A DNA stretch of 64,000 nucleotides from Callorhinchus milii (Eukaryota): assembly GCF_018977255.1 (NCBI RefSeq), contig NW_024704743.1, positions 22,384,001 through 22,448,000 on the forward strand, given 5' to 3'. The notes under the pieces are model-generated. The model did not search any database. It saw only the letters and a list, made by a program, of their open reading frames with translations, and had not been told where the DNA came from. Shown here piece by piece: positions 46,801 to 59,790 of the stretch. Position 1 is the first letter of the stretch. Each line of letters starts with the position of its first letter. Made by a program: the position numbers and the translations under genes.

Positions 46801-49092
46801 GTGTCAAAGGTGGCAGAGAAGTCGAGGAGGACAAGGAAGCAGAGGGAACCCTGATCACAGATGTTCAGAATGTCATTAGTGACTGACCAGGGCTGTTTCT
46901 GTGCTATGGGCAGCGCGGAAGCTGGATTGGAGGGGTTCAAAGAGGAAATGGCGAGAAAGAAAGGAGCAGAGCTGGGACGCAATGACTCATTCCAGGAACT
47001 TGGAGAGGAATGGGAGGTTAGAGATGGGCGGTAGCTGGAGAGAAGGGATGGGTCCAGGGAAAGGTTTTTTTCAAGATGGGGGTGATGACGGCTGTTTTTA
47101 GCGGGGTGGGAACTAAACCGGTGGACAAGGAGAGGTTGATGACGTCGGGCAGGAGAGGGACCAGAAGCAACAACAGCGTTTGTATAGCGCCTTTCACGTC
47201 GAGAGGATGTCCCAAGGCACTGATCAATCAATGCGCTTGTGAAAGTCTCAAATGACATCCTCTCTATCTGTGACCAGGGCTCCCTCTGCCTCCTCGTCTT
47301 CCTGGACCTCTCTACCGCTTCAGCCACTACGCCCCGAGGCTCTGGAACTCCCTTCCTCACTCCCTTCGCCTCGCTCCCTCTCTTCCTATTTTCAGATCTC
47401 GGCTGAAGACTTTTCTTTTCGACCGCGCCTTTGGTCACCTTCCTCCCCCTCCCCCTGGTTCAGCCCCGGGATCCGTTATTGTGAAGCGCTCTGAGATACC
47501 GTCTGGCATGGAGAGCGCTATATAAATCCAAGTTGTTGTTGTTGTTTCGGGCCCGAGTTGGGGAGAATGGATGGCAGCTGGGGCAGGAGGGTGACCGAAG
47601 GCACAGTCGAAAATTAACTTGTTTCCCAATTGATTTGTGTGGTCAACAACGGTAAAGATTCCAATGTTCAGTATTGCTGCGTACAAAGTATGTGAAGTGT
47701 ATTGTTTTGGTGCAGTTCATTTTTTTTTCTTCAGGGCTACAAACTTGCATTTGGAATTCACAATAACACTTACAGCAGATGGGGTGGAGCGTCAGCCACC
47801 ATTGTCCGTAGCTCTGAAGATGAAGTGTGGGGAGTTGTTTGGCGCCTGAACCTTTCTGAGCTTGACTCTCTGGATAAGTGAGTACACAAATTGAATGGAG
47901 TGAGAGGAAAAAAAATTGGAAACACTAAGTTTCTAAATTTGAAAGCTTCTGCCTTAAAGAAACTTTACGGGAGAAGCTTTCCTAAACCACTACTAACTGA
48001 AGCTACTAACTTCTGTGTATTTGATTCATAAATTCTAATTCCTCTTTCACCTATAGACAAGAAGGTGTACCAGATGGGCATTACAATCCAATAGAGGTAA
48101 TAATTAAGCAAATAAGCCCAGGAGAAGATCAACTGTGCCGGTCCTATCAGATGAATGTTTCCAATTATTCCTTTCCATCACAGATTTACAAAGAGGTAAA
48201 TACCACATTTTCTTCCCGTATTTAATTTTAAAACCCAAATTTGCTGATGTTTGTGCCCATGAATTTGTGTGGATCTCTGAGACTAATTTTGATGGAATTC
48301 CAGTAATCCTTCCAGAACAACCAGTTCCAAAATCCTTGTTGAAAAGCCTGTACCAGAAATCCTTACAGAAAGAATATCACCTTTTAAAGAACTTCACTCC
48401 AGCAACCAGTTTTAAACTTTCACAAGATTCTTTCAATGACTTTTTACTTCTTCTGTTTCTCAGATTGTGTTCTTGTGGTGATTATCCCTTAATGGGGTTT
48501 GAAAATACAATAACAACTTGCACTTATATAATGCCCTCCACGCAGGGTAGCATCTCAGAGTGCTTAACAGTGGCGGAGCCTCACTTTAACAAAGTATTGT
48601 TAAATGCAGTATTGGCAAACCAGAATTAGCTGTTTGCCAATATCTTCAAATCCCTGAATGTCTTGGGACGTCCCCAAACGTGAAAGACGTTATACAAATG
48701 TAGTTTGTTGTTGTTGGATTAACAGCGACTATAGTTTGCAAATTTGTGGTATTCAGTATCTAATGTTTTATTTTAAATGGGAAAACTCCTTTTCACAATA
48801 GATGCATTCTGCTAGTGTGAACTGTGGGCATCCATTAATTTGAAGAAAGTTCCAGAAAGACATACAACAGCAATGGTAATTTATATTTGCTTTTCTTTTA
48901 TTTCAGGTAATTTGTACAGGGGCAAAACAAAATGGGCTGCCTGCTGAATATGTGGAGAAGCTGCTTGACATAGAAACTAACAGTTATAACGGAACAACAC
49001 CATTTATATTGGACATTAAAGAGATGCTAAATCAAGTAAAAAACAATCTAAATCCTCTCACTAGTTTTGGGAAAGTTGCAGTCTCTTTGTAG
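43673..49092 (+). CDS. GGCT: gamma-glutamylcyclotransferase family protein, join(43673..43885,47735..47877,48057..48195,48907..49092); 226 aa from ATG 43673 or 201 aa from ATG 43748
   Basis: Four GT-AG exons join in frame. Motifs FLYFSYGSNL, NPSA, WGGA.ATI, DEVWGVVW, SLDKQEGV (catalytic Glu), CRSY, PS..Y and GAKQNGLP.EY..KL match vertebrate GGCT. Orthologue versus paralogue is not resolved. Confidence 0.93.
43886..46048 (+). repeat. G-rich minisatellite, 33-35-bp unit GAGCGGGGAGTTGGGGGGAGTGGGT(ACT/TT/CT)GCTGTCA, in GGCT intron 1
   Basis: About 60 tandem copies starting at the splice donor; no stop codons in the + frames. Confidence 0.97.
46185..47160 (-). mobile_element. L2 LINE fragment with internal deletions, GGCT intron 1
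   Basis: LKTAVITPILKK, LVLLDFSATFDTVDH, IIQNSAARVL and 3' UTR. Confidence 0.88.
47735..47877 (+). CDS. GGCT: GGCT exon 2 (GYKLAFGIHNNTYSRWGGASATIVRSSEDEVWGVVWRLNLSELDSLD-K)
   Basis: Poly-T tract plus TTCAG acceptor; donor AA|GTGAGT. Confidence 0.95.
48057..48195 (+). CDS. GGCT: GGCT exon 3 (K-QEGVPDGHYNPIEVIIKQISPGEDQLCRSYQMNVSNYSFPSQIYKE)
   Basis: Acceptor CTATAG, donor GAG|GTAAAT. Confidence 0.95.
48907..49092 (+). CDS. GGCT: GGCT exon 4 (VICTGAKQNGLPAEYVEKLLDIETNSYNGTTPFILDIKEMLNQVKNNLNPLTSFGKVAVSL*)
   Basis: Acceptor TATTTCAG; TAG at 49090-49092; AATAAA candidates near 49470, 49676 and 50772. Confidence 0.94.
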   Translation, partial: VICTGAKQNGLPAEYVEKLLDIETNSYNGTTPFILDIKEMLNQVKNNLNPLTSFGKVAVSL

Positions 49093-51164
49093 TAGAATTT
49101 TGGATATTTTAAATGCGCTGAATTTGCTTTGAGGCTGTTCTTGTGAGAAGTGCAATTTTTATAGAGATGAAGTACAATGAAATCAGCTTTAGGCGGACGG
49201 ACGCTGGTTAACTCAAACATAACGGTCAGCCCCGATTCACTTGCATCCTTACCTGTTTTAAATATGCCAGTTAATTCGGACAAAAATCTGGTTATTCCGG
49301 TCAAAATGGCACGCTGGTCGCCACTGTATGTCAAGTGGCTCCAATCAGCCACGAGGGGCTGCACGATAGAGATGGGTGGAGTCTAAGATTGTTTGACAAC
49401 GGACTCCAGCCTTTCACCAGCGGGTGGAGTTGGGCTGTCAATCAGTGGGGGGGCGGAGAAATGGGGAAGAATAAAGGAGGGAAATGATGATTGATTGACA
49501 GCTGAGCCACTTGTGAATGGGTCGAGCCCAAACATTCACAGCCGCCTCCGAGGCTGTCAACCACCTCAGTGCAGCACCAATTGGTCCCCTTCCCGTCCAG
49601 TGGGAACGGCAGTGGGAGGGAGGAGGAGCCACCGCTGCTCCTCTGCTGGCGTGAAGTTATTTTGCAGCCTAACAAAATAAATATATTTCACTGAATTCTG
49701 TGAGAGTACAGTATTTTCATTCCGGGGTTAAAATACTCGGTGTCCTGTTTGGTTAGTTAACAATGCTTCAAGCAAAACAACATTATTACATATTATTATA
49801 CGGTGTCGGCAGCACTCTGCTGGGCAGGAATGGTATTTCAGCTAACCTCGGACACCTCTTAACCAGACAAAACAGATATCCCCGATGTGTCCGGCTTAAC
49901 AGGCTGTAATTTACAGTAGTTTATTTGTGGGTGATTTGCAAACTAGAAATATGTGGTATAATGAAGAGTACATTTTGGAAATGGAATTGTGCACAAGCAT
50001 GTAATGCATAGATCTTCTGTTTTGAAATGTTTATTTTCTGCAATATTTTCATGGTTACTTTTACCAGTTTCACTGGTTCTGGCAGCTTATCGGTCATTTC
50101 AGCTATTGTTTCATTGATTATCAAAAACTGAGTAAAATAGAATTAAATTAGTGATCAACTAAAGTCTGTCATCAGCTTATTACTCACTACTTGTTCCACA
50201 GCAGTTTATTTCATCAATTTATTGGAAACAACAACAACAACTTGGATTTATATAGCGCCCTCCACGCCGGACGGAGTCTCAGAGCGCTTTACAATATCGG
50301 ATCCCAGGACCGAGCCAGGGGGAGGGGGAGGAAGGTGACCAAAGGCGCGGTCGAAAAGAAAAGGCTTCAGCAGAGACCTAAAATGGGAAGGGAGGGAGAG
50401 AGATGAAGGGAGTGAGGAAGGCAGTTCCAGAGCCTCGGGGCATAGTGGCTGAAGGCATGGCCGCCGAGGGTGGAGTGGAGGACTCGGGGGAGGAGGAGGA
50501 GCCAGACCCGGAGGAACGGAGGCAACGGGTACTGTTTTGAGAGAGAGGAGGTCAGAGAGGTAGGGTGCAGGGCAATGCGACGGAGGTGGAAAAAGGCAGT
50601 GCTGGTAAGGGACCGGATGTGGGGGAGGAAGGATAATTGGGGTCGAACCTGACGCCTAAACTGTTTCATCAGAATACATTAACATTTTTAATAATGTTTA
50701 GTTACAGATGATACGAATCATTACGAATTATTTTAATAATAGTAAAACAGTTACTGTTTTTCCTTATTGATAATAAACATTAAACTATGCCTTTTTTTCA
50801 GTGTTCAAGAATTATCTTAAGGAAGTTATAATGTAGTACATTATAATGTGTCCATGGACATTTTAGTTCTTTTGGAGAGAGACCTTTAGCATTGGTAAGT
50901 CTTTTGAATACGGTGTCATTTGAGAGTTAATTCTGTCTTTAAAATATTTTTGATACTATGAATATTATATTCATATTTTAGAATTATTTTGACTTTCTTG
51001 CAAAAATGGTCATCCAATTTGTTTCCCTAAAAATAGTACCAAAATATACAAATACCAGTTGGTGATTTATTTTCTCCTTATCAAATACAGTACCTTACTT
51101 TTATGACATCTAACGTATTTAGATTACTCTTCAATTAGCCACTACATACACCTGCGTAATGTGA

Positions 51165-51940
51165 ACGCACCTTGCTCAAATCCAACTTAACAGTCCATCG
51201 GCAGATTTGGCTGGACCTTATCGAATCTTACCACTCCACCCTTGTCTCCACTAAATTGTCATTCTACTCCCAAGACAATCTTGGAAGCCAAGGACAACCC
51301 CAAGCTCCTCTTCTCAATCACCAACCGGCTCCTCCACCCATCTTCTCATGCCTTGCCCATCCTCACCTCCAATGCCAACTGCGAGGAGATGCTGGAATTC
51401 CTCAAAACCAATATCACGGGGATCCGCTCAGCTGCCTCTGCCCTTCCGACCATTACCCCCTCCCCATCTCCCCCTCATACCCTGGCCGCCACCTCCCTGC
51501 ACACCTTCGAACCTGTCTCGCCCCTCTCATCACCCCATAACCCACATGAAACCAATCACCTTCTCCCTCGACCCCATCCCTACCTCTCTCCTCCACCTCC
51601 TTGCCCCCCTACTCAGACATCATAAACCTCTCCCAGCCACTGGCACCATTCCGACCTCTTTAAGAATGTCCATCACCACTCATTCTTAAAATACCCTCCT
51701 TGGACCCATCCCTGCTCTCAAACTACCACCCCGTCTCCAACTTCCCTTTCCAAGGTCCTGGAGTGAGTTGTTGCTTTCCAGCTTCAGTCTTTCCACTCCT
51801 TCCCAAGCCCCTCCAATTGGGTTTCCGTGCACCCACAGTACAGAAACAGCTTTGGTCAACGTGAAAAATGACATTTTATTCATCTGCAACCAGGAGTCTC
51901 TGCCTCGTCGTCCTCCTTGACATCCCTGCTGCTTTCAATA
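51165..51940 (+). mobile_element. degenerate internal L2 ORF2 fragment
   Basis: NPKLLFSITNRLL, LDPIPTSLL and HSTETALVNVKNDI motifs with frameshifts. Confidence 0.8.
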
Positions 51941-52658
51941 TCGTTGTAAATAGTTGAAATTATAATATAAGAATCATTAGTATTGATTGTGTAGTGAATA
52001 GATAAGTTACGTAGAATGAATCCAAAATACAAACTGCCATGTGGCATGCAACACACACACACCCACCACAGTCCTAGTAAAGAAACACCGAGCTAGGCAG
52101 GAGTACACTGGAATGTGACATCGCCAAGGAAGATAGAATAATTGGACCAGGAGAATGGATGAGAGGCCATCTGTGGGCGGATATACAAAATCAGCAGTTA
52201 AAAAACGAGAAAAGCTTGATTATCCAGCGCCTTGGGACGTCCTTGGCTCCCATCAACGTCTTCATTCCTATGGATCTAAACTCCTCAACCTCCCTGGGCT
52301 TTCCCTCACACTCACCAAACCAGTGCACAACATAGGTGTCCGGTTCAACCCCCAGCTCTCCTTCCTCCCCATTCACAAGATCCATCTCATTCAAAACTCT
52401 GCTGTCCGCATATTGACCCGGACCAAACTCCGTAACCATATCTCACCAGTTCTGGCCAGGCTCCACTGGCTCCCCATCACCGAATGGATCAACTTCATGC
52501 TTTCAGCCACTACGCCCCAAAACTCTGGAACACTCTCCCTCAATCCCTCCGCTATGCCTCCTCTCTCCCCTCTTTCAAGTCCCGCCTGAAGACTTTCCTG
52601 TTCAACTGTGCTTATGGCCACCTCCCCCCGGCTCGGAGTCAAGCTCCGCCACTGTTAA

Positions 52659-53334
52659 CTGTTGCCAGACTACGGCACTACCTCACCCCTCACGCTGCTG
52701 AAACTCTGGTCCACACCTTTATCACCTCAAGGCTGGACTATGGGAACTCTCTCCTCGCCGGCCTTCCCGGCACCTCCCTCCACAAGCTGCAGGTCATTCA
52801 GAACTCTGCAGCTCGTGTACTGTCCCGCACCAGGCTTCGCGACCACATCACTCCCACCCTCGCTCGCCTCCACTGGCTCCCCATCCCCCAGAGGATCGAA
52901 TTCAAGATCCTCATCCTCACCTACAAGGCCATTCACGGCCTTGCTCCCTCCTTCCTCTCCGACCTACTATTCCCCTACCTACCTGCCCGTACCCTCCGTT
53001 CCTCTGGCTCCGATCTGCTCCACATCCCCCGCCCCAACCGCCCTACCATCGGTGGCCGGGCCTTCAGCCTCTCAGCCCCAAGGCTCTGGAACTCTATCCC
53101 CCAGTGCCTTCGCCGCCTCCTCCCTTTCCTCCTTCAAGGCCGATCTCAAGACCTTTCTCTTTGACCGCCTTCAGCTCCCCTCTCGACTCTCTACCCCCTC
53201 CTCGCTCCCTCCCTTCCCTCCCCTCACCCTGACCATTTCCCCCCAATGCTCGGGTCCTGACCCAACTGTACAGCGCCTTGGGACGTCCTCCCGACGTGAA
53301 AGGCGCTCTATAAATGGAATCTTGTTGTTGTTAA
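52659..53334 (+). mobile_element. young 5'-truncated L2 LINE nested in the tail of another L2 (52245-52658 and 53335-53390)
   Basis: Near-open ORF2 end SRLDYGNSLLAGLP...IQNSAARVL...LHWLPIPQRIEFK...RAFSLSAPRLWNS; TSD TGTTAA at 52653-52658 and 53329-53334. Confidence 0.92.
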
Positions 53335-55819
53335 GTCTCTGAGATGCTACCCGGCGTGGAGGGCGCTATATAAGTGCAAGTTGTTGTTCTTGCTCTCCCG
53401 CCGTAAAAGCTGCTATACAAATGTAATTTTGTTGTTGTTGCTAATAATGAACACAATGTGGTCTTTTTTCAAAAGGACATGAATATGCAACACAGATTTT
53501 CGGAAAAACAGTTCATGTTAATGGAGATTAATCGTATGGAACACGATAATCTCTACAGTTGCTGTGATGAAGGAAATATCAGTAAAAATATACGGCATTG
53601 GCATTTTGAATGCCAAAAAATTGCAGTACTGTTTTGATCCTGCCAGCAGAAGGTAGGGAATAAACTATCTTCTGCTCACGGGATTCAAGCTGAGTCCAAA
53701 GTCGATACCTGGCCACTGAAGTCAATTACATCAAATACATTATTAAACATCACAAATTTCACCCTTTAAGAAATGCTTCAGTATTCAAATGGTAAAAAAA
53801 GGACAGAAATGCTGGAAATAGGTAGCAAATCAATCAATCAAGAGGCAATACTGAAATGTTTCATCTGAATGGTCCCATCAAAAATATTAACCTAGTTCTC
53901 TACTTCAGATGCCAATTAACTGCTGTGCATTTAATCATTTGAGTTTCTAGCATCCGTTTTGATTATCATTTCTCCCCATGAGTGCAGCGCAGCTTCACAG
54001 TGAGAACTAAAAACAGTTTAATACAAAAAAAGCAGACAACTAATTACTTCTCTCAAAGCATATACCACCAGCTTCTCTAGACAATTTACTTTTCGCACAT
54101 AGGTAACATCATTACACTCCCTCAGGCTGAAGCTGAAGACCTGCTGTTTTTACAACACACACATTTAATGCCAATGTGCTACTTCAGAGACAGAAAGAAG
54201 ACATGCCAACATAAACATAAAAGAGAAGAAGCAGAGTATAATCCTAGGCCCTCACTACTGCTGCTCTGAAACTGGGAGTTACAAAGATACAATGAAGGAG
54301 GATTCCCTCTGTGATCCTGTTCCTTCCTTGATGCACAATCCCTGAATGCCCAGTTAAAATCAGGAGCTCGGGATGGAAGCAACTCTGATGCAACCCTCAG
54401 TCCTAACACTATGTGGCGCTCCAAATACAGAACCAAAACTGCACAGCTTTTTTTGTGCTTTTGCACTGTGCCAGTATCACACAGTAAGAGATTTGAGTAC
54501 TCTTACCGAGGAGAGTGACACTTAAATAGAAAAAAAGCCGATTTCTTAATTTAAGTAATGATGTAAATTACCCTCTGGGCAAAGAAAAAAATCATGGTAT
54601 CTGTCCTGAAATTGCCCTTTCCAACTTTAACCCTACGTCTCTTGTCCCTCTCTCTCTCTCTCTCCCCTCTTTCACGGTACGTCTCAAATCACCTCTTCGA
54701 CTGAGCCTTCGGTCATCTTTCCCATCCCCACTTCTCTCGGCTCCCACCCCCAGCTTGGGTGCCTATCCAGCACTGTGGAACTCCATTCCTGAATCCCTTT
54801 GCCTTGCCCCTTCCCTCGCCTCCTCCTTTGAGGTCCATTTGAAGACCTTTAACCATGCCTTTGGTCATCTTCCCTGCCTAGCCCCATCCTCCATTAGCTC
54901 CCCCCCCCCCCACCACCCTCTTGCATCTAACCCCCAACTCAGGTTCAAACCCTCAATTGTCCAGCCCCATGGGATAGCCTCCCGACATGAAAGGTGCTAT
55001 ATAAATGTAATTTGTTGTTGTAGAAGATTATGGGAACCTACCTCGGTTGCAAATCCTTGGTCTAAGATACTTCTACCTTCAAACAATTACATTGCATAGA
55101 GACAAAATGTGTTTCAGTAAATAATGAAGCACTTTGAGATGACGAGAAGATGTGAAAAACGTTATATCAAATGCAAGGATTATTATTATAACTTGACAAT
55201 TAGAAAAGAAGGACCTTCCTGTGATATAGCAAGATGTTCATTACCCAGAGGGTAATATTGCTTATTCACAAGATCTCTGAAAATCATGGTTTGAGGTTAT
55301 ATAGAAACAAAAACCTTCACTTCCTCTTCTTTGATTTTCTGTACTATGCTGGAAATCAGGGTATAATTTCCTACAAAACATTTTTCACAAGCACAAGAGA
55401 GTCTATGCTCCACACTGTTCTTGAGAAGGAAGAATTGCTAATCGTCTAGCTAGCATTTCAGCAATAATGCAAAGCACCGTTCATGATTGTAACTCATCAA
55501 AAAGACTTGTAGGTCCAGCCATACCTTCAATCCTGCAAACTGAAGCCCTATAATGGGTAGGACACTCCTAGCTGGACCATGAAATATACCAGCACGTGGT
55601 TACCATTATCATTCAATTTCTGGTCTGTGAGTATGAGTACTGTCCACAAATACCTAATTAGTAAAACGTATCCAATGGTAATTGTCAATTGAGTTTGAAC
55701 TCCATATGTAAATTGAGAATGAGATATTACTTTGAAATATATATAAATTTCTTTCTATCTTACATACTGAAATAAAATCATTATTAAAAATACATATTCT
55801 GCCTCAACACCTCAGATGC

Positions 55820-56390
55820 TGACAGCGTCACCATCCAAGGATGCACACTCCGCCTTACGAAGCCAGTCCGAAACCTTGGCATCTTGTTTGACCCTCAACT
55901 ATCCTTTCTATCCCACATCCGTGCCATAACTCGCTTAGCCTTTCCCCACCTCCGCAACATCGCCCGGCTCTGCACTGTCTCATACCACAAGCCGCCAGAA
56001 CCCTTATACACACATTCATAACATCCAGGCTTGACTGCACAAACTCCCTGCTTGTTGGCCTCCCCAACTCCTCCTTCCATAGGCTGCAGATCATCCAGAA
56101 CTCTGCAGCCCGTGTCCTCTCGTGCACCAGGCTCCGTAACCCTATGCTTCCCATCACACAGAGGATACAGTTCAAAGCCCTCCATGGTCTTGCTCCCCCT
56201 ACCTCTGCGATCTTCTAACCCTCTACCAACCTGCTCGCTTCCTCCGCTCAGCGGGCTCCGGCTTGCTTCATGTCCCCCGTCTCAACCGCTCCACCATTGG
56301 CGGTCAGGCCTTCACCCACTCTGCTCCCACCCTCTGGAACTTCATCCCTCAGTCCCTCTGCCTCACTCCCTCCCTTACTTCCTTCAAGGT
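55820..56390 (+). mobile_element. L2 3' fragment
   Basis: RNLGIL, IIQNSAARVL and APTLWN motifs. Confidence 0.85.
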
Positions 56391-58315
56391 CCAGTCAGAT
56401 CATTTTTTCTGGGAAACATATCACAAATTGCACTTTTCAAAACTTTTCACATGGAACACTGATGAACTAAAGAAACTGGTACTGAGCTAGAGCAGACACA
56501 TTGTGAACCACACAGAATCAAGCAGTCTTCTGCACTGAAAAAAAATCTATGATTCCATATGGTTGAATAAGGGGCTGATATAGTATAATGCTGATTAATG
56601 TAAAGCATCACATTTTGATAAGAAAAAGAGGAAATGGATTTATAACCTGAAGATAATGCTGTGTTCAATCTGTATATTTTTTTGTTTGATTGCAGCTTTA
56701 AAATATATGTATTATTTTCCAAGAAATGTAATTAAAGATTCCATGGCATTATTTAAAAAGAGAAGGGAATTTCTCCTGGTGTCCTGCTCTACAATCCACC
56801 ACAAAAATTGATCATTCACTTCATGGCTGTTTTGGGGACATTGCTGTGTGCAAATTGGCTGCCTCGTAAGCCTACAAATACACAGTCACTACACTTCATA
56901 ATAAAATTCCATGATCTGTTTTGAGGTGTCTTGACGACGTGTTAAGGTGTTACCCCAAATGCAAGAATTATTATTACGTGACCATGACTGCCACATTACA
57001 TTGATCACTTCAGAATTGTTGGGTAAAATAAAATTTCGAGTGCTGGACATTGCTGATACTGGCAAAGAACAACAGGAATTTTCACACATATTGTTGGATT
57101 TGCACATCTTAGCAGAACCTTTCGGCAGGGCGTACTCCAATTGCTCATAAAACGCACAGCAGGGGTAAGCCTAGATACTCAAACAGCTCTTTTCAAAGAA
57201 GGAACCCCAATGTGTGCGCCTTTGTGCTGTTCTCGATGAGTAAGGTCAACACTAATGATTGAAATGAGGCCCAAAAGTCTTATAGTCTTAGCCTTAAGAT
57301 CATTGACTTAAAATTAAGATCATACAGCATTTTTGAAAATCAAACATTTTGCAAAGTGGTTCAGCATTCAGCAAGTGATCTTTAACCAAATGTGAATGAT
57401 AAAATTTTGCTCGGCAACAAATTTCAGTCATCTATCTTCTCAAGTACTGCATCCATGACCAACAATTCACATCCTGACACTGCCAGCATTAGAAATGTGC
57501 TCTGGTCTAAGTGAAAAATTATAGATCAATTATGTTGCTGCAATTTCTATTAACCTGACCTGCTTTAAGTAGTAGCAATAAAGTGAAAATGATCTCAGTT
57601 CAATTTAATTCTTCAAACAAGATTAAAATCATTGAACATATGAATCTGTATTAAATACACTGAAGTTACTTTTGTTGATTAAGACTTGCATGGTGGGAGT
57701 AATATTGCTGAGAATTTGGTGAAAGCAACCTGTGTTAATGGTTTAGAATAGATCATCGTAAGCTAAGTTGATAAATTCCTTCAAAAATTAAACATAGCAG
57801 TGAATTATCCAGTGCAGGACATTACTACCAATGTTAATATAATAATCTAGGGTACTTCCAGGAATACTTCAGTCCATAATCACTTGCGTGCCCAGAGACC
57901 AGATTAATTAATTGCTAATTATCTCATCCAGTTTCAGAATATGAACAGGGATCGTTTTATCCTTTGCTGCATAATTGGAATGAAATTAATTGCATGTTAC
58001 TACAGTATAAATCTACAATTCTCTGGCAAAATGATATGCAAGATTCAGAAATTCACTACATTCACATTAAATCAAAGTACTAATTCAATATGAGATCGTA
58101 CAGGTTTTGGAGGAGACAGAACTTGCACCTGGGGGTCAAAGGGTTGTTGGTTCAAGTTCTATGTTGGGGTTTGAGCTCATTGTCAAGCCTGATACACCAT
58201 CGCCCACAAATGCATAGTCCCTACACTTCACAATATATTCTGTGAAGCACTTTGAGACTTCCTAACGACATGATATAACGCTGTATTTCATGCAAGGATT
58301 ATTTTTTATTATTAA

Positions 58316-58698
58316 TATAATAATAATAATCATTGCATTTGATATAGCGCCGTATCAGGTATTTGAGACATCTCAAAGCACTTCACAAAATATATTGTAA
58401 AGTAAATTGACTGTAGATTTTGTGGGTGAAATGTGGCAGCCAATTGTGCACAGCAGTGTCCCACAAACAGTCATGGGACACTGCTTTGCACAAACAGTAA
58501 ACAATTTCTTATTTTTTTAAAAGGAATTATTACTCCTGGAAAAGCGATCAGCCAATCGACTAACAACCGGGTTCCTACTTACTCCTAGGTAAACAGAGGC
58601 GTGGAGTAAGGAAACTTGCCCAACGTTTGTCCCTGCTAGGAATCGAACCCAGTCTCTCGCTTGCGAGGCGAGTGGTCTATCACTGAGCTATAGGACTC
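58316..58698 (-). mobile_element. tRNA-derived SINE, long subfamily, nested in an older DeuSINE
   Basis: Same architecture; older Deu-type sequence flanks it at ~58130-58200 and 58699-58860. Confidence 0.85.
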
Positions 58699-59261
58699 AA
58701 TGTAGTACTGAGGGAGTGCTGTATTGCCACAGATGTTGTCCTTCAGATAAGGTGTTAAACTGAGGTCACATGGAGTTTAAAGATCTTATGACACTATTTG
58801 AAAAGACAAGGGCATTCCTAACTTTTTCTTGGTCAGCCAGACGCATGCAGAAACAAATCGTCATGCTTAATAATAATAGTAATAATTATCTTTGCATTTA
58901 TTGTAGCACTTTATCATGTCTTCAAGACGTCTCAAAGCGCTTCACAGAATATACTGTAAACAAGAACAAATTACATTTGTATAGCATTTTCCATATCGGG
59001 AGGACGTCCCAAGGTTCTGGACAGTTAGGGATTTGGACCCAAGTAGGGGGTTGGGATCAGGGTGGAGGGCAGGGAGGGTAAGGGTAGGAGGGTGCCCAAA
59101 GGAGTGGCCCAAAAATCGTGTAACGATCGGGTTCCTACTTACTGCCAGGTAAACAAAAGCATGTGGAGTAAGGAAACTTGCCTAACATTTTGCCCTGCCC
59201 AGGAATTGAACCCAGGTATTCTCATTTGCGAGGCGAGTGCCCTAACCGATACGCTACAGGA

Positions 59262-59790
59262 TTCCAAACGGTATCCAAACCAAGCTGAGATTTCCATGCA
59301 CTCAACTACACGTGGAAATCCCAGAGAGAGATTGTTGGAATGGAATGCGCACTCTCTCCCCGGAGGGTCACATCCCGCTTACCTAATTCTGGAACGTATT
59401 AGGTGCAGGTTGGCAACAGCCAAGACTTGGGGACTCCAGAGCGTGTGTTGGGGTACTGCTGGAGTCTAACCAGCTAAAACAACATATAGCTTGGCTTTGA
59501 TATCAGTGTCTGGCAAGCTTTCCCACTGCTTGTCCAGTGAGGGCCATCCTACCTGTTACTGGAGCTGAGTGGAATGTTTCTTTGCCCCCAGTGACTGGTC
59601 TGCCCTTCCAAGTCCTGCCAATGAGCCAGGCTGGCTGTGCTGTCATCAGCAGTGCCCTGGAATTGTGCAGACCCGCCCGGCTCAGGAACCGGACTACTGA
59701 GACCGCCACAGAGGACTGGCTAGAATCCGACATTCCGTTGCCAACCATGTCACCTCGGAGCCAATTCAGCTCCAAGGAGACCCTGCTCAC
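59262..59790 (-). mobile_element. unclassified ~600-bp element, copy
   Basis: Colinear with 17105-17703. Confidence 0.8.

Noticed and set aside
52484..53342. 226-aa ORFs as host genes
   Set aside because: These are L2 ORF2 C-terminal fragments from nested 5'-truncated LINE copies.
59600..59790. Hammerhead or HDV-like ribozyme in the 600-bp element (CTGATGA; GCCAGTCCTCTGTGGC)
   Set aside because: CTGATGA is not followed by stem II plus GAAA, and the HDV-type P2 pairing and L3 register are not kept across copies. An RNArobo or Infernal search of the consensus would settle it.
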